Source: a virus (taxonomy: Duplodnaviria; Caudoviricetes). Taken from it: 24,106 bases of DNA. The notes beneath the pieces were generated by a model. It made no database searches and was not told where the DNA came from. It saw nothing but the letters and a program-made list of their open reading frames with translations. The translations under genes were made by a program, and so were the position numbers. Below are positions 15,783 through 24,106 of this stretch, piece by piece; position 1 is the first letter of the stretch, and each line of letters opens with the position of its first letter. The stretch is taken from the IMG/VR virus record IMGVR_UViG_3300006851_000025, positions 1-24,106 of that record; one strand, written 5' to 3'.

Positions 15783-18700
15783 ATGGCAACCATAAGAGAG
15801 TTGGCAGCTTCCTTTATTGCAAATCCTAGTGGTATGAGATCTGCTCTCCAAGCCATCAAGAAAGATGTTAATGAACTTCAATCAGCTAGTAGTAAAACAA
15901 GCGGGAAAATGTCCGGGGACTTTGCGAAAAGTGCATCTAATATTGGAAAGTCTACTAGCGGTATCGCAAAACATTTCCACAACATGAGCGTCGGTGTGCA
16001 GAAGAGTTTTGAAAGTATCGGTAAAACTATGACCGATACAGGGAAAACGCTTGAGGGTTGGGGAACCAACATTCAAAAGACAGGAAAAACAGCGACCAAG
16101 GCACTGTCTCCATTGACTGCATTCTATACGACCGCAGCTGTCACAGGTGGTAAAAGAATGGCGGCTAATGAACAACTAGACATTCTTATGAAGAATACAT
16201 TTAGAACCGCAGATGCTTATGATGAAGCATGGGATGCTGTTAATGGGTTAACTAAGGGAACCGCCTTTATGAATAGTGATGTAGGTGGTTGGTTATCCCA
16301 GTTAGTTGCTTCAAACGTTGAATTAGACAAGTCTGAGGACATAATGAAATCCATTCTCGACTTTTCCGTTGGTTCCGGTCAGATAGGTATTGAGGGAGAA
16401 ATCCACGATATTATTATGAAAGCTGTGCGTTCCGGCGGTTGGGATCAAATGACGTTAGATATGCTTGCGCAACGAGGTTTGAACCTAGCAGGACACGTCG
16501 CTAACATGATGGGCATTACAACCGAAAGTGCGCAGGAAATGTTAAAAGATGGAACAATCAGTATGGAAGAGTCATTAGATTATTTTGTTGACGCAGTACA
16601 AGTTGGCTCAGAAGGCGCCGGTGGATATTTTGCGAAGATGGAAGGATCTGCACAAAAAGGCGGAGAAACATTTACTGGTGCATTTACTAATATGGCGGCA
16701 TCTGTTGCTCAACTTGGTGAAGACATGTGGAAAAGCGGAGCTTGGGATCAGTTAAAAACAGCGATGAATAACATTACTGATTTTATTTATCAATTGGCAC
16801 CCGCCATGGAGCCAGTATCAAAAGTGATCGCCAGCATCCTAGCAACAATGGTTGAGTGGGTTCAAAAGCTGATGAATGCCTTTATTAACCTTAGCCCAAA
16901 AATGCAAGCAATAATCGCAGGGTTGTCGGTAGTTGGATCTGTATTAGGTCCGGCCATCGTCATGTTCGGGACGTTTGTAGGTGCGGTCGGAAAAGCATTA
17001 AATCCTTTAGGTTCATTGTTTTTAAGAATATCCAAAGTGTTTGGTATCGTAGGAAAAAAAGGATTAGGCGGAGCACTTAAAACACTTTCAAGCCGTTTTA
17101 GTTTTCTGGCTGGACCGATTGGCATAGCAGTAGGGTTATTCACGACGTTATACACCACATCAAAAACGTTTCGCGAAACATTTAACCGTGTAATTGGTTC
17201 GATTGTTGACTTTGGTAAAAAGCTATATGACGGAATGAAGCCCGCCATTGAAACAGTTATTGATAGCTTTAAATCAATGATTAGCGGGTTTAAAGGTATA
17301 GGAGAAAGCGCAGATGGAATAGGCGCATCGCTATCACCACTGTTGGATATTATAGGTGCTCTCGCAAAGTTAATTATGGGCGCTCTAGCAGCGGCTTTTG
17401 GGGTAATAATATCTGTAATTAGCGGAGCTATGCAAGCTGTTGCTCCTTTGGCTAAAGCCTTAACGAGCCTGATCAGTGTAGTTGTTAACTTCGGTATGGC
17501 GATACTATCCGTTTTTATGGGCGACTTTTCCAAAGCAATGGATTACTGGAAAAAAGGCGCTCAATCATCTATAGATTTCGTTGTTGGTTTGTGGGATGCA
17601 GTTGTGGGCTTCTTTAAGGGATTCATCCAAACCATTATCGACTTTTTCTATGGTTTATACATGACCTTGGTCGGTAACTCAATCATACCAGACATGGTAA
17701 ACGCAATTGTCGATTGGTTCAAAAACCTAGGTCATTGGGTTGCGGATCTAGTCAAATCGTTGGTTAATTCAGTGGTTGATTTCTTTAAAGGCTTATACAA
17801 TAAAACAATCGAAATTTTCACTTGGATAATAGATTTTATCGGCAATTTCTTCACTAGGATAAAGGAAATATTCGGTTCAGGTTTAGACTGGATAGACGAA
17901 AAAACAAGTGGGAAGTTCAAGTCGATAACAGACACTATTCGTCATTATATTACGTTGGCTTCTGACATCATAGAAGCCGTATGGACGTTTATAAAAAATA
18001 CGTTCAAAAACGTTCTAGCATTCTTGAAGGCGCTCGTTACTGGCGATTTTCAAGGCATGAAAGACGCTATTTCTGCCCAAATGCAAAATATACGAGATTT
18101 TCTAAGCACCATTTGGACAGCGATCAAAAATTTCATAAGAAATACGCTTGGAAATATTGTTCAAAACGTCTCTAATAAATTCACGGAAGCAAGAGAAACA
18201 ACGAGTAGAATTTTCACAGCCATCTGGAATTTCCTTAAAAATATTTGGAATACCATTTTAAATTTTATTATCGATATTGTATTAAAAATTTACAACCGAT
18301 TTAAGACTGGATTCCAGAACACTTACAACGATACGAAGCGGATTTTTAATGCTGTCCATGATTTCCTACGAAATTTATGGAATAAAACGCTAAAATTCAT
18401 TATCGATATCGTAAAAAAGATATTTAATCGCTTTAAAACAGGGTTCCAGAATACCTATAATAGTACGAAGGATATCTTTACAAATATATGGAATTTCTTA
18501 AAAAATATATGGAATAAAGTCAAGAATTTTATATCCAAATCCGTATCAAATATTTTTACCAATGTACGTGATACATGGAATAATTTGAAATCGAAAACGG
18601 TAGAGATTTTCCAAGGTATATGGAAGGCGATCACAGACAAATTTGATGATATTGTTCAGGCAGCTAAGGATTTGCCAGGTCGAATTGGCGATGGCATCAA

Positions 18701-19976
18701 GTCAATGGCTGATGGCGTTGCAAAAGGTGTAAAAGCTGTTGTAAACGGATTGGCAAGTGGGTTAGAAAGTGGAATCAATGGTGTCATAAAAGGTATAAAC
18801 TGGGTTACTGGTAAGTTGGGCATAGATAAGAAAATAGCTAATGTTGAAATAGCTAGATATAAAAAAGGTACTAAGAATAGCGGACATCCTGAGGATGGCT
18901 TGGCGCTTGTCGGAGATGGCGGAGAACACGAATTAATTCAGACTCCTGACGGGCAACAGTTTCTGAGTCCAGATTCTGACACACTAGTTAATTTACCTAA
19001 AGGCTCACATGTGTTGTCAGGTAAAAATACTAAGAAGCACTTCGAGGGTATTCCGCAGTATAAAGATGGAACCACAGACGGAGTGGTTCGTGGCGGTGCA
19101 GGTCAAGCAGCAGGACAAGCTGGCGGGGGAGCCATCAGGAAGAAAGCACCTAACGTTTGGGATTACCTCACTAAGCCTAAGTTATTGTTGAACAAGGCTC
19201 TGAGATATTTAAATATAGATTTACCTACTGCCACAGAATGGCCGGGTAAAATGCTCAAAGGTGGATTTAATACTGTTAAAGATGCAGCATTTGACTTCAT
19301 CAAAGAAAAAGGTGAAGAAGCTGTACCAGATGCTCCTAGTGGTGGTGGCGCTTCTGCATGGCGTTCTCACATCAGAAAAGCCGCCGCACGGATGAATGAA
19401 TCTATCACTAATACTCATGTGAATGGTATTATTTCGCAAATCAACCGTGAATCGGGTGGTAATCAGAAGATCACGCAGTCGTCTGCAGTATGGGACGTAA
19501 ATACAGCAGCAGGAAATCCTGCACGTGGATTGCTCCAGTATATCCCGCAAACATTCAGCGCTTATAAAATGCGCGGTCATGGTAGCATTTATTCGGGATA
19601 CGATCAGTTATTAGCGTTTTTTAACAACACCAATTGGCGAAGAGATCTACCCTATGGAAAGAGAGGTTGGGGTCCTACTGGTGCTCGAAAGTATGCAGAT
19701 GGTGGCATAGTAGACACGAAACAACTAGCGTGGATTGCCGAGGGTGGATGGGCTGAATCTATCATTAGTCATGATCCGGCTAAGCGTGTGAGACAGCAGA
19801 AGATATGGCAAGATACTGGCGATCGTTTAGGGTTTACAAATGAAAAAGATAACGGTAGACCTACTGAAATCACGCAAAACTTAACAATAAATAGTCCGAA
19901 GGCTTTATCGCCATCTGAGCTATCACGTAAAAACTTGCAATCACTAAGAAGAATGGCTATGGAATGGGGTCTTTAA
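15783..19976 (+). CDS. Tape measure protein with C-terminal lytic transglycosylase
   Basis: 1397 aa, 11-residue W/F periodicity, RESGGN and ARGLLQYIPQTF SLT motifs. Confidence 0.95.
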   Translation: MATIRELAASFIANPSGMRSALQAIKKDVNELQSASSKTSGKMSGDFAKSASNIGKSTSGIAKHFHNMSVGVQKSFESIGKTMTDTGKTLEGWGTNIQKTGKTATKALSPLTAFYTTAAVTGGKRMAANEQLDILMKNTFRTADAYDEAWDAVNGLTKGTAFMNSDVGGWLSQLVASNVELDKSEDIMKSILDFSVGSGQIGIEGEIHDIIMKAVRSGGWDQMTLDMLAQRGLNLAGHVANMMGITTESAQEMLKDGTISMEESLDYFVDAVQVGSEGAGGYFAKMEGSAQKGGETFTGAFTNMAASVAQLGEDMWKSGAWDQLKTAMNNITDFIYQLAPAMEPVSKVIASILATMVEWVQKLMNAFINLSPKMQAIIAGLSVVGSVLGPAIVMFGTFVGAVGKALNPLGSLFLRISKVFGIVGKKGLGGALKTLSSRFSFLAGPIGIAVGLFTTLYTTSKTFRETFNRVIGSIVDFGKKLYDGMKPAIETVIDSFKSMISGFKGIGESADGIGASLSPLLDIIGALAKLIMGALAAAFGVIISVISGAMQAVAPLAKALTSLISVVVNFGMAILSVFMGDFSKAMDYWKKGAQSSIDFVVGLWDAVVGFFKGFIQTIIDFFYGLYMTLVGNSIIPDMVNAIVDWFKNLGHWVADLVKSLVNSVVDFFKGLYNKTIEIFTWIIDFIGNFFTRIKEIFGSGLDWIDEKTSGKFKSITDTIRHYITLASDIIEAVWTFIKNTFKNVLAFLKALVTGDFQGMKDAISAQMQNIRDFLSTIWTAIKNFIRNTLGNIVQNVSNKFTEARETTSRIFTAIWNFLKNIWNTILNFIIDIVLKIYNRFKTGFQNTYNDTKRIFNAVHDFLRNLWNKTLKFIIDIVKKIFNRFKTGFQNTYNSTKDIFTNIWNFLKNIWNKVKNFISKSVSNIFTNVRDTWNNLKSKTVEIFQGIWKAITDKFDDIVQAAKDLPGRIGDGIKSMADGVAKGVKAVVNGLASGLESGINGVIKGINWVTGKLGIDKKIANVEIARYKKGTKNSGHPEDGLALVGDGGEHELIQTPDGQQFLSPDSDTLVNLPKGSHVLSGKNTKKHFEGIPQYKDGTTDGVVRGGAGQAAGQAGGGAIRKKAPNVWDYLTKPKLLLNKALRYLNIDLPTATEWPGKMLKGGFNTVKDAAFDFIKEKGEEAVPDAPSGGGASAWRSHIRKAAARMNESITNTHVNGIISQINRESGGNQKITQSSAVWDVNTAAGNPARGLLQYIPQTFSAYKMRGHGSIYSGYDQLLAFFNNTNWRRDLPYGKRGWGPTGARKYADGGIVDTKQLAWIAEGGWAESIISHDPAKRVRQQKIWQDTGDRLGFTNEKDNGRPTEITQNLTINSPKALSPSELSRKNLQSLRRMAMEWGL
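18210..18520 (+). repeat. 132-bp (44-aa) tandem repeat in the tape measure gene, about 2.3 copies
   Basis: IF..IWNFLKNIWN...FIIDIV.KI.NRFKTGFQNTYN.TK units starting 18210, 18342, 18474. Confidence 0.85.
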
Positions 19977-19979
19977 TTT

Positions 19980-20843
19980 ATGAAAGTAACATTTACAAAT
20001 GCAAGAGGACAAGAAGCTGTTTTGACTTCAAAAGCCCCCTTCCTTCTGTCGTCTTTTGATGGATATGGGGATGTGGAGGCTGATACACAAATGCAATCAT
20101 CACCGTATTCAGATGGGTCAATGTACATCGACTCCATCTTGGAGGAACGTCCATTAAGTATGACGTTCGCAATACTTGCTGATAATTCGCGAGATTTATC
20201 AAATAAAAAACGATATATCAGCAGTGTATTTAATCCGAAGAATGGACTTGGTTTATTGAAACATGAAAGAGCTGGGGTTGTTCATGAAATTGAAGCAGTT
20301 GCGGAAGGTGTTCCGCAATTTCCATCCGGTACGGAGAACAGGGGGCAGACTTATCAGCGGGTGACAGTTGATTTGATCGCCCCTGACCCTTACTGGCGAG
20401 ATCCCAACCAAGTATCCCGCCCCCTACAATCATACGTGGGCAATTTCACATTACCAACGACATTCCCGTTTGAATTGGGAGTAGCGGGATCAAGAACCAC
20501 TTTATTCAACGAAGGCGATGTTCCTGCGCCAGTAAGCATCGACATACATGGACCAACTACAAATCCACAGATTATCAATCGCACAACAGGTGATTATATA
20601 CGGATTAATCGTTCGATAGCCGATGATGAGATACTGCATATAAATACCGCATCTGGGCAGCAACGTGTGGAGATATACAGGGATAATGAGATCGAGCCAG
20701 GGTTCGGGTATTTAGACCACAACGGAGTGCTTACAGAATTTGCGTTAGAGATCGGAGAAAACGAAATCGAGCATATCGCTGATGCAGGTGATCGTAATGC
20801 TATTGTGGCTGTGAGTTGGCAAGCACGGTATACAGGGATTTAA
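19980..20843 (+). CDS. Distal tail protein (Dit)
   Basis: Follows tape measure; FTNARG, VFNPKNGLG.L, APDPYW, N.GDVPAPV, L.IGENEI. Confidence 0.9.
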   Translation: MKVTFTNARGQEAVLTSKAPFLLSSFDGYGDVEADTQMQSSPYSDGSMYIDSILEERPLSMTFAILADNSRDLSNKKRYISSVFNPKNGLGLLKHERAGVVHEIEAVAEGVPQFPSGTENRGQTYQRVTVDLIAPDPYWRDPNQVSRPLQSYVGNFTLPTTFPFELGVAGSRTTLFNEGDVPAPVSIDIHGPTTNPQIINRTTGDYIRINRSIADDEILHINTASGQQRVEIYRDNEIEPGFGYLDHNGVLTEFALEIGENEIEHIADAGDRNAIVAVSWQARYTGI

Positions 20844-20847
20844 TAAA

Positions 20848-20873
20848 AGGATATTTGATCGTTCCTGTCGAAT
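20848..20873 (+). promoter_or_regulatory. SigH-type promoter for moron
   Basis: AGGATAT...TGTCGAAT (AGGA-18 nt-GAAT). Confidence 0.55.
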
Positions 20874-20914
20874 TAATAGATTTGCATTTCTATATAATTC
20901 GGGAGGTATATTAA

Positions 20915-21424
20915 ATGTCAGATATGTGGTTCCATTATAAAATGAGATTAAGATTTAATAAGTACGCTTCAAGAACGGCTTATGAAAGGCTTAAAAATGC
21001 TATCAGAGAAAATGCAGACCTTGAAATTTATGCCTCAACAGGAGAGTTGCTTTTGTGGGTATTAACCACAGACGAGTGGCATAAGATACACGGTGCTTCT
21101 GATTATGAACAAAAAAGGGATCGTAATACCAACGGGATTATAATGAGTGGATTAAGACACGCTTATAATATGATGAAGCACAATATGGGTTTTATACAAA
21201 TTCATCAAAAAGAAGGCGGCTTAAGAACTCCTTTCACCTTACCCATGACTTTGACAGAAGTAAAGGTTATTTGGATGCCGGCTGGAGAAGTATTAAATGG
21301 TAAGCATCCTAATCAAAAAAATAATTATATTAACCATATTGAGGGTGAAGAAGTCCTGGAAACCTTTACTAGGGTATTAACTTTTCTAAATCAAGAAAGC
21401 CGAAAGTATCTAATTGAAGACTAA
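20915..21424 (+). CDS. Hypothetical moron protein, possible HEPN-like helical domain
   Basis: RBS GGAGG; GLRHAYNMMKH motif. Confidence 0.7.
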   Translation: MSDMWFHYKMRLRFNKYASRTAYERLKNAIRENADLEIYASTGELLLWVLTTDEWHKIHGASDYEQKRDRNTNGIIMSGLRHAYNMMKHNMGFIQIHQKEGGLRTPFTLPMTLTEVKVIWMPAGEVLNGKHPNQKNNYINHIEGEEVLETFTRVLTFLNQESRKYLIED

Positions 21425-21433
21425 GGAGAGGCT

Positions 21434-21643
21434 GTGTTGATGAGAAAGGATGAAATAAAGGAATTCGCCAATAAACTTCGGTCTTTAGAAAGTCAATTCC
21501 AGGTTGAGGTTATATCTGACAACTATTTCACGCGTGCAGTTATAGTAGATGTGCAAGAAAGAAGAGGTTTTTCTTATCACTATAAACACGGGAATGTTGA
21601 ATTGGATACGAACACCTACCTGGTCGGCGAAGACGAAAAATAA
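21434..21643 (+). CDS. Hypothetical protein
   Basis: RBS AAGGAG; start could be 21434, 21437 or 21440. Confidence 0.6.
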   Translation: MLMRKDEIKEFANKLRSLESQFQVEVISDNYFTRAVIVDVQERRGFSYHYKHGNVELDTNTYLVGEDEK

Positions 21644-21651
21644 AGTTGTTT

Positions 21652-21679
21652 AAGCATCTCATTATGAGGTGCTTTTCTT
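21652..21679 (+). terminator. Intrinsic terminator
   Basis: AAGCATCTCA-TTA-TGAGGTGCTT plus T-rich tail. Confidence 0.8.
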
Positions 21680-21699
21680 ATTATGGGAGGTAATTAATA

Positions 21700-21852
21700 A
21701 TGACTGACAATGAGATAAAGCAATATATTGACGGAAAAATTCACGAGTTGAAATTGGATATATGTGCGGAAATGAAATTGGAGAAAAGCCCAAAAGATAT
21801 ATCAGAAGAAATCAAGCGAAAAACTCGTGTTCTTGCAGAGGAATGGAGGTAA
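21700..21852 (+). CDS. 50-aa small protein absent from the ORF track (MTDNEIKQYIDGKIHELKLDICAEMKLEKSPKDISEEIKRKTRVLAEEWR)
   Basis: RBS GGGAGG; ends 3 nt before the next ATG. Confidence 0.7.
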   Translation: MTDNEIKQYIDGKIHELKLDICAEMKLEKSPKDISEEIKRKTRVLAEEWR

Positions 21853-21855
21853 ACC

Positions 21856-22479
21856 ATGTCAGACGAATGGAAATATAGAGATTTACCGAGGGCGAATGGG
21901 CAAGTTGCCCCTGCAAAGTGGGACGCAGATATAAAGGAATGGGTGCCTTATACTACGAAAGATAAAATAGAGGTGACCAACTTACCTGACAATCAGGACG
22001 TTTCTGATAGTGCTGTTAAAGCAGAGTTAGAATCAATTAAGAGTACGCAGGCAGAAATATTAAAGCGGTTGGATAAGCCTATAAGTACTCAAGTAACTGG
22101 GAGTGTAGTTGAAAAGATAACGGATGTCGATGGTCATATAGGGACGCGTTGGCAATATATAGGAGAAGGAAATTCAACTAATATAAATCAAGTACCATTG
22201 AATGTAAGCGAGTATAGGAATCAATCAATATTAATATCTAATAACACGGATAACAACTTAGGAAACGTTGCTATTTATTCCGGGATATCTTCTAACGGTG
22301 GCACGTTCTTCAATCCATCAGTTACAATGGACGACATCCCATCCGGGACAGAAGTGTATCTAGATGATTTGAAAAATAAATTAGAAAAAGAAATATACAC
22401 ACATGTTGTGTTGAGGATAAAGTTTTCAGAAAAGCCAGAGGACGGAAAAGTAGATGTAACTTTTTTGGGGAGGAAATAA
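21856..22479 (+). CDS. Putative virion appendage protein: N-terminal anchor, coiled coil, TQVTGS junction, beta-rich C-terminal domain
   Basis: RBS GGAGG; modular composition; located in the tail region. Confidence 0.65.
   Translation: MSDEWKYRDLPRANGQVAPAKWDADIKEWVPYTTKDKIEVTNLPDNQDVSDSAVKAELESIKSTQAEILKRLDKPISTQVTGSVVEKITDVDGHIGTRWQYIGEGNSTNINQVPLNVSEYRNQSILISNNTDNNLGNVAIYSGISSNGGTFFNPSVTMDDIPSGTEVYLDDLKNKLEKEIYTHVVLRIKFSEKPEDGKVDVTFLGRK
22086..22099 (+). repeat. Left copy of imperfect direct repeat, TACTCAAGTAACTG
   Basis: 12/14 identical to 22689-22702. Confidence 0.6.
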
Positions 22480-22480
22480 A

Positions 22481-22699
22481 GTGACGGAAAAAGACCTATA
22501 CAGAGTTCTTTCGGAAGTTATAAGAGATAATTATATTGTATTAACTGACACTATGGTTGTTAAGGTAAACGCGTTTCATGAGAGATTCAAAAACGCCGAT
22601 TCAGTGAATTACGATGATTTAATGAGAATAGAAAAAGATAAAAAGTACGGCTATGAAAAATATTTAAAACAATGGAAAGAACAAGGCATACTCAGCTAA
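22481..22699 (+). CDS. Hypothetical protein (partner of the upstream gene)
   Basis: RBS GGAGG, GTG start; stop lies inside the right repeat. Confidence 0.65.
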   Translation: MTEKDLYRVLSEVIRDNYIVLTDTMVVKVNAFHERFKNADSVNYDDLMRIEKDKKYGYEKYLKQWKEQGILS

Positions 22700-22702
22700 C
22701 TG
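22689..22702 (+). repeat. Right copy of imperfect direct repeat, TACTCAGCTAACTG
   Basis: 12/14 identical to 22086-22099; both followed by TAGTwGAA. Confidence 0.6.
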
Positions 22703-22769
22703 TTATCTTTAGTAGAATATAAAATAATTTAAATTAATCGTCACATTCGAGGTGTTACCCTACCCCTTC

Positions 22770-22778
22770 TGCTATATT
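22770..22778 (+). promoter_or_regulatory. Extended -10 promoter for moron
   Basis: TGcTATATT. Confidence 0.45.
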
Positions 22779-22805
22779 AGTAGTAGAGAGGAAGGGAGGG
22801 ATAAC

Positions 22806-23042
22806 ATGGATTACGATGAAATGAAGACTGATATGTTGCGTAATATACAGAACAGTAGATTCCTTAAAAAATCAAGTATAGATATAGCAAATGATTACAG
22901 CGATACATTTTTAGCGCTTGATGTGATTGGGGACATTGAAAGGTGTGGTTATGCAAGGTCCGAGGATAGCAATATGGGAATTGGAGAAAAGCAATTCACT
23001 GGTTTAACAGAAAAAGGTATCAACTATTTAAAGGAAAAATAG
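22806..23042 (+). CDS. Small winged-helix-like moron protein (YjcQ-like)
   Basis: RBS GGAGG before ATG 22806; C-terminal LTEKGINYL. Confidence 0.65.
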   Translation: MDYDEMKTDMLRNIQNSRFLKKSSIDIANDYSDTFLALDVIGDIERCGYARSEDSNMGIGEKQFTGLTEKGINYLKEK

Positions 23043-23045
23043 CTT

Positions 23046-23073
23046 AAAGCACTCCCGCTCGGGGTGCTTTTTT
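23046..23073 (+). terminator. Intrinsic terminator
   Basis: AAAGCACTCC-CGCTC-GGGGTGCTTT plus T tract. Confidence 0.85.
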
Positions 23074-23094
23074 ATTACGGAAGGAAGTGACACA

Positions 23095-24066
23095 ATGGCA
23101 GAGAAATCCTATTTTTATGATAGTACAGCAAGTGATGAACGAATATACCAGGCGGCAGACTTTGCGCGATTTCACGCTCAAATCATCGGTAACGGTGTAT
23201 CTAACACAACTACCATGCCTGACTTAGAGGTGTCGGCTAAAAACAATATGGAAGTATCGTTAGGTGCTGGGTACATGTTCGCTAATGGTTATATGTACGA
23301 AAATTCATCCACGATGACACTAAAACACGATATCGCAGATAGCAGTAATGACCGTATTGACCGTATTGTTATACGTTTTGACAGCGACCCTGCACAACGA
23401 AAAAACTATGCTGTAATCAAGAAGGGAACACCGGCAAAGAATCCTGCACCACCTTCTATTACACGGAGTAATTATGTGCATGAAATGAGTGTAGCACAAG
23501 TAAGAATCATCGCGGGTAAATCACATATTGAACAGTCGGAAATTACGGATGAGCGTGCTAATGATGATGTGTGTGGGTATATACCGTTGCATAATATTTA
23601 TCGTGGGTTGAGCATTAATGAATTAGGTATGATAACGATGCCGAATCAGTCTTTTATTAAAACCCAAAATGATGATATGCAAAAGTTTGGAATGGATGAA
23701 TCTTTAAGTTCTGCAACCCCAATTAAGTTTGGTAAAGTAATTGAGGATAAGCAAAAGGAAGTTAGTAGTAATACTCAATTTATAGCAAAAGCAGATGGAG
23801 TTTATAACTATTGGGTGGAGATTGCATTTGACAACGGCGTTATGCCAGCAAATTCCGAACTGCATATATACGCCTTTGTTGACGGCAAAGAAAGCTTTCC
23901 ATTAGGCACAAAGCTATTCAGTGATCCAAGGGATAACTTCATGGTAGTAAATGGCTTTGACAGCCTTAGTAAAGGAGATAAGATAGATTTTAGAGTTACA
24001 TCTTATCAGTTAAATGAGGAAGTCGGGACAAGGTTCACACGGGTTCGTGTAGCTAAATTGGCATAA
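23095..24066 (+). CDS. Baseplate/receptor-binding protein with C1q/TNF-like C-terminal domain
   Basis: Y.DS...DER.Y.A.DFA, RIDRIVIR, ITDER....CG N-module; FIAKADGVY and LSKGDKI in the C-domain. Confidence 0.8.
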   Translation: MAEKSYFYDSTASDERIYQAADFARFHAQIIGNGVSNTTTMPDLEVSAKNNMEVSLGAGYMFANGYMYENSSTMTLKHDIADSSNDRIDRIVIRFDSDPAQRKNYAVIKKGTPAKNPAPPSITRSNYVHEMSVAQVRIIAGKSHIEQSEITDERANDDVCGYIPLHNIYRGLSINELGMITMPNQSFIKTQNDDMQKFGMDESLSSATPIKFGKVIEDKQKEVSSNTQFIAKADGVYNYWVEIAFDNGVMPANSELHIYAFVDGKESFPLGTKLFSDPRDNFMVVNGFDSLSKGDKIDFRVTSYQLNEEVGTRFTRVRVAKLA

Positions 24067-24078
24067 GAAGGTGATTAA

Positions 24079-24106
24079 ATGAAAATGCCTGTACGTGTTT
24101 ATAATA
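24079..24106 (+). CDS. Start of the next tail gene (MKMPVRVYN..., possibly Tal/hub), truncated by the window
   Basis: RBS AAGGTG, ATG, only 9 codons visible. Confidence 0.5.

Larger units (their letters stand above)
1..24106 (+). mobile_element. Siphovirus/prophage late module, Bacillaceae-type host
   Basis: Canonical head-tail gene order, Firmicutes RBSs, Xpf-like activator. Confidence 0.95.

Noticed and set aside
16862-17533. 223-aa minus-strand ORF and other shadow ORFs (e.g. 5849-6223, 11314-11646, 19221-19580, 1567-1881)
   Set aside because: They overlap well-supported genes and show no recognisable motifs; expected shadows of codon bias
22689-22760. Integron attC site
   Set aside because: TAAC overlaps the stop, but there is no RYYYAAC match, no long imperfect palindrome and no integrase
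21856-24066. Diversity-generating retroelement or invertible shufflon
   Set aside because: No reverse transcriptase, template/variable repeat pair, inverted cassettes or invertase in the window
1-24106. CRISPR array, tRNA, rRNA, IS element or intron
   Set aside because: No regularly spaced repeats, cloverleaf or transposase seen by eye; terL, portal and capsid ORFs are uninterrupted

Overview
Late region of a temperate siphovirus/prophage from a Bacillaceae-type host, almost entirely on the + strand. Order: end of the middle region (XtrA/YqaO-like gene, Xpf-like sigma factor), TerS/TerL (PBSX/SPP1 type, probably headful), portal, minor head protein, scaffold with a Prp-type cleavage motif, decoration protein, lambda-E-like capsid, head-tail connectors, tail tube, collagen-like protein, tail chaperone with a -1 frameshift, tape measure with lytic transglycosylase, Dit and baseplate/RBP genes. 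Several accessory inserts (morons) interrupt it. The most unusual signals: (i) a 603-bp segment carrying a C-terminal domain plus a partner gene, bounded by an imperfect 14-bp direct repeat, which looks like an exchangeable cassette; (ii) three moron promoters whose own sequence is the anti-SD arm of a hairpin that can form only on read-through late mRNA; (iii) a slippery heptamer followed by a stem with a nested terminator at the end of the tail tube gene; (iv) a family of sequence-related terminators bracketing the inserts. All family assignments are from motif recognition by eye; no searches were run.
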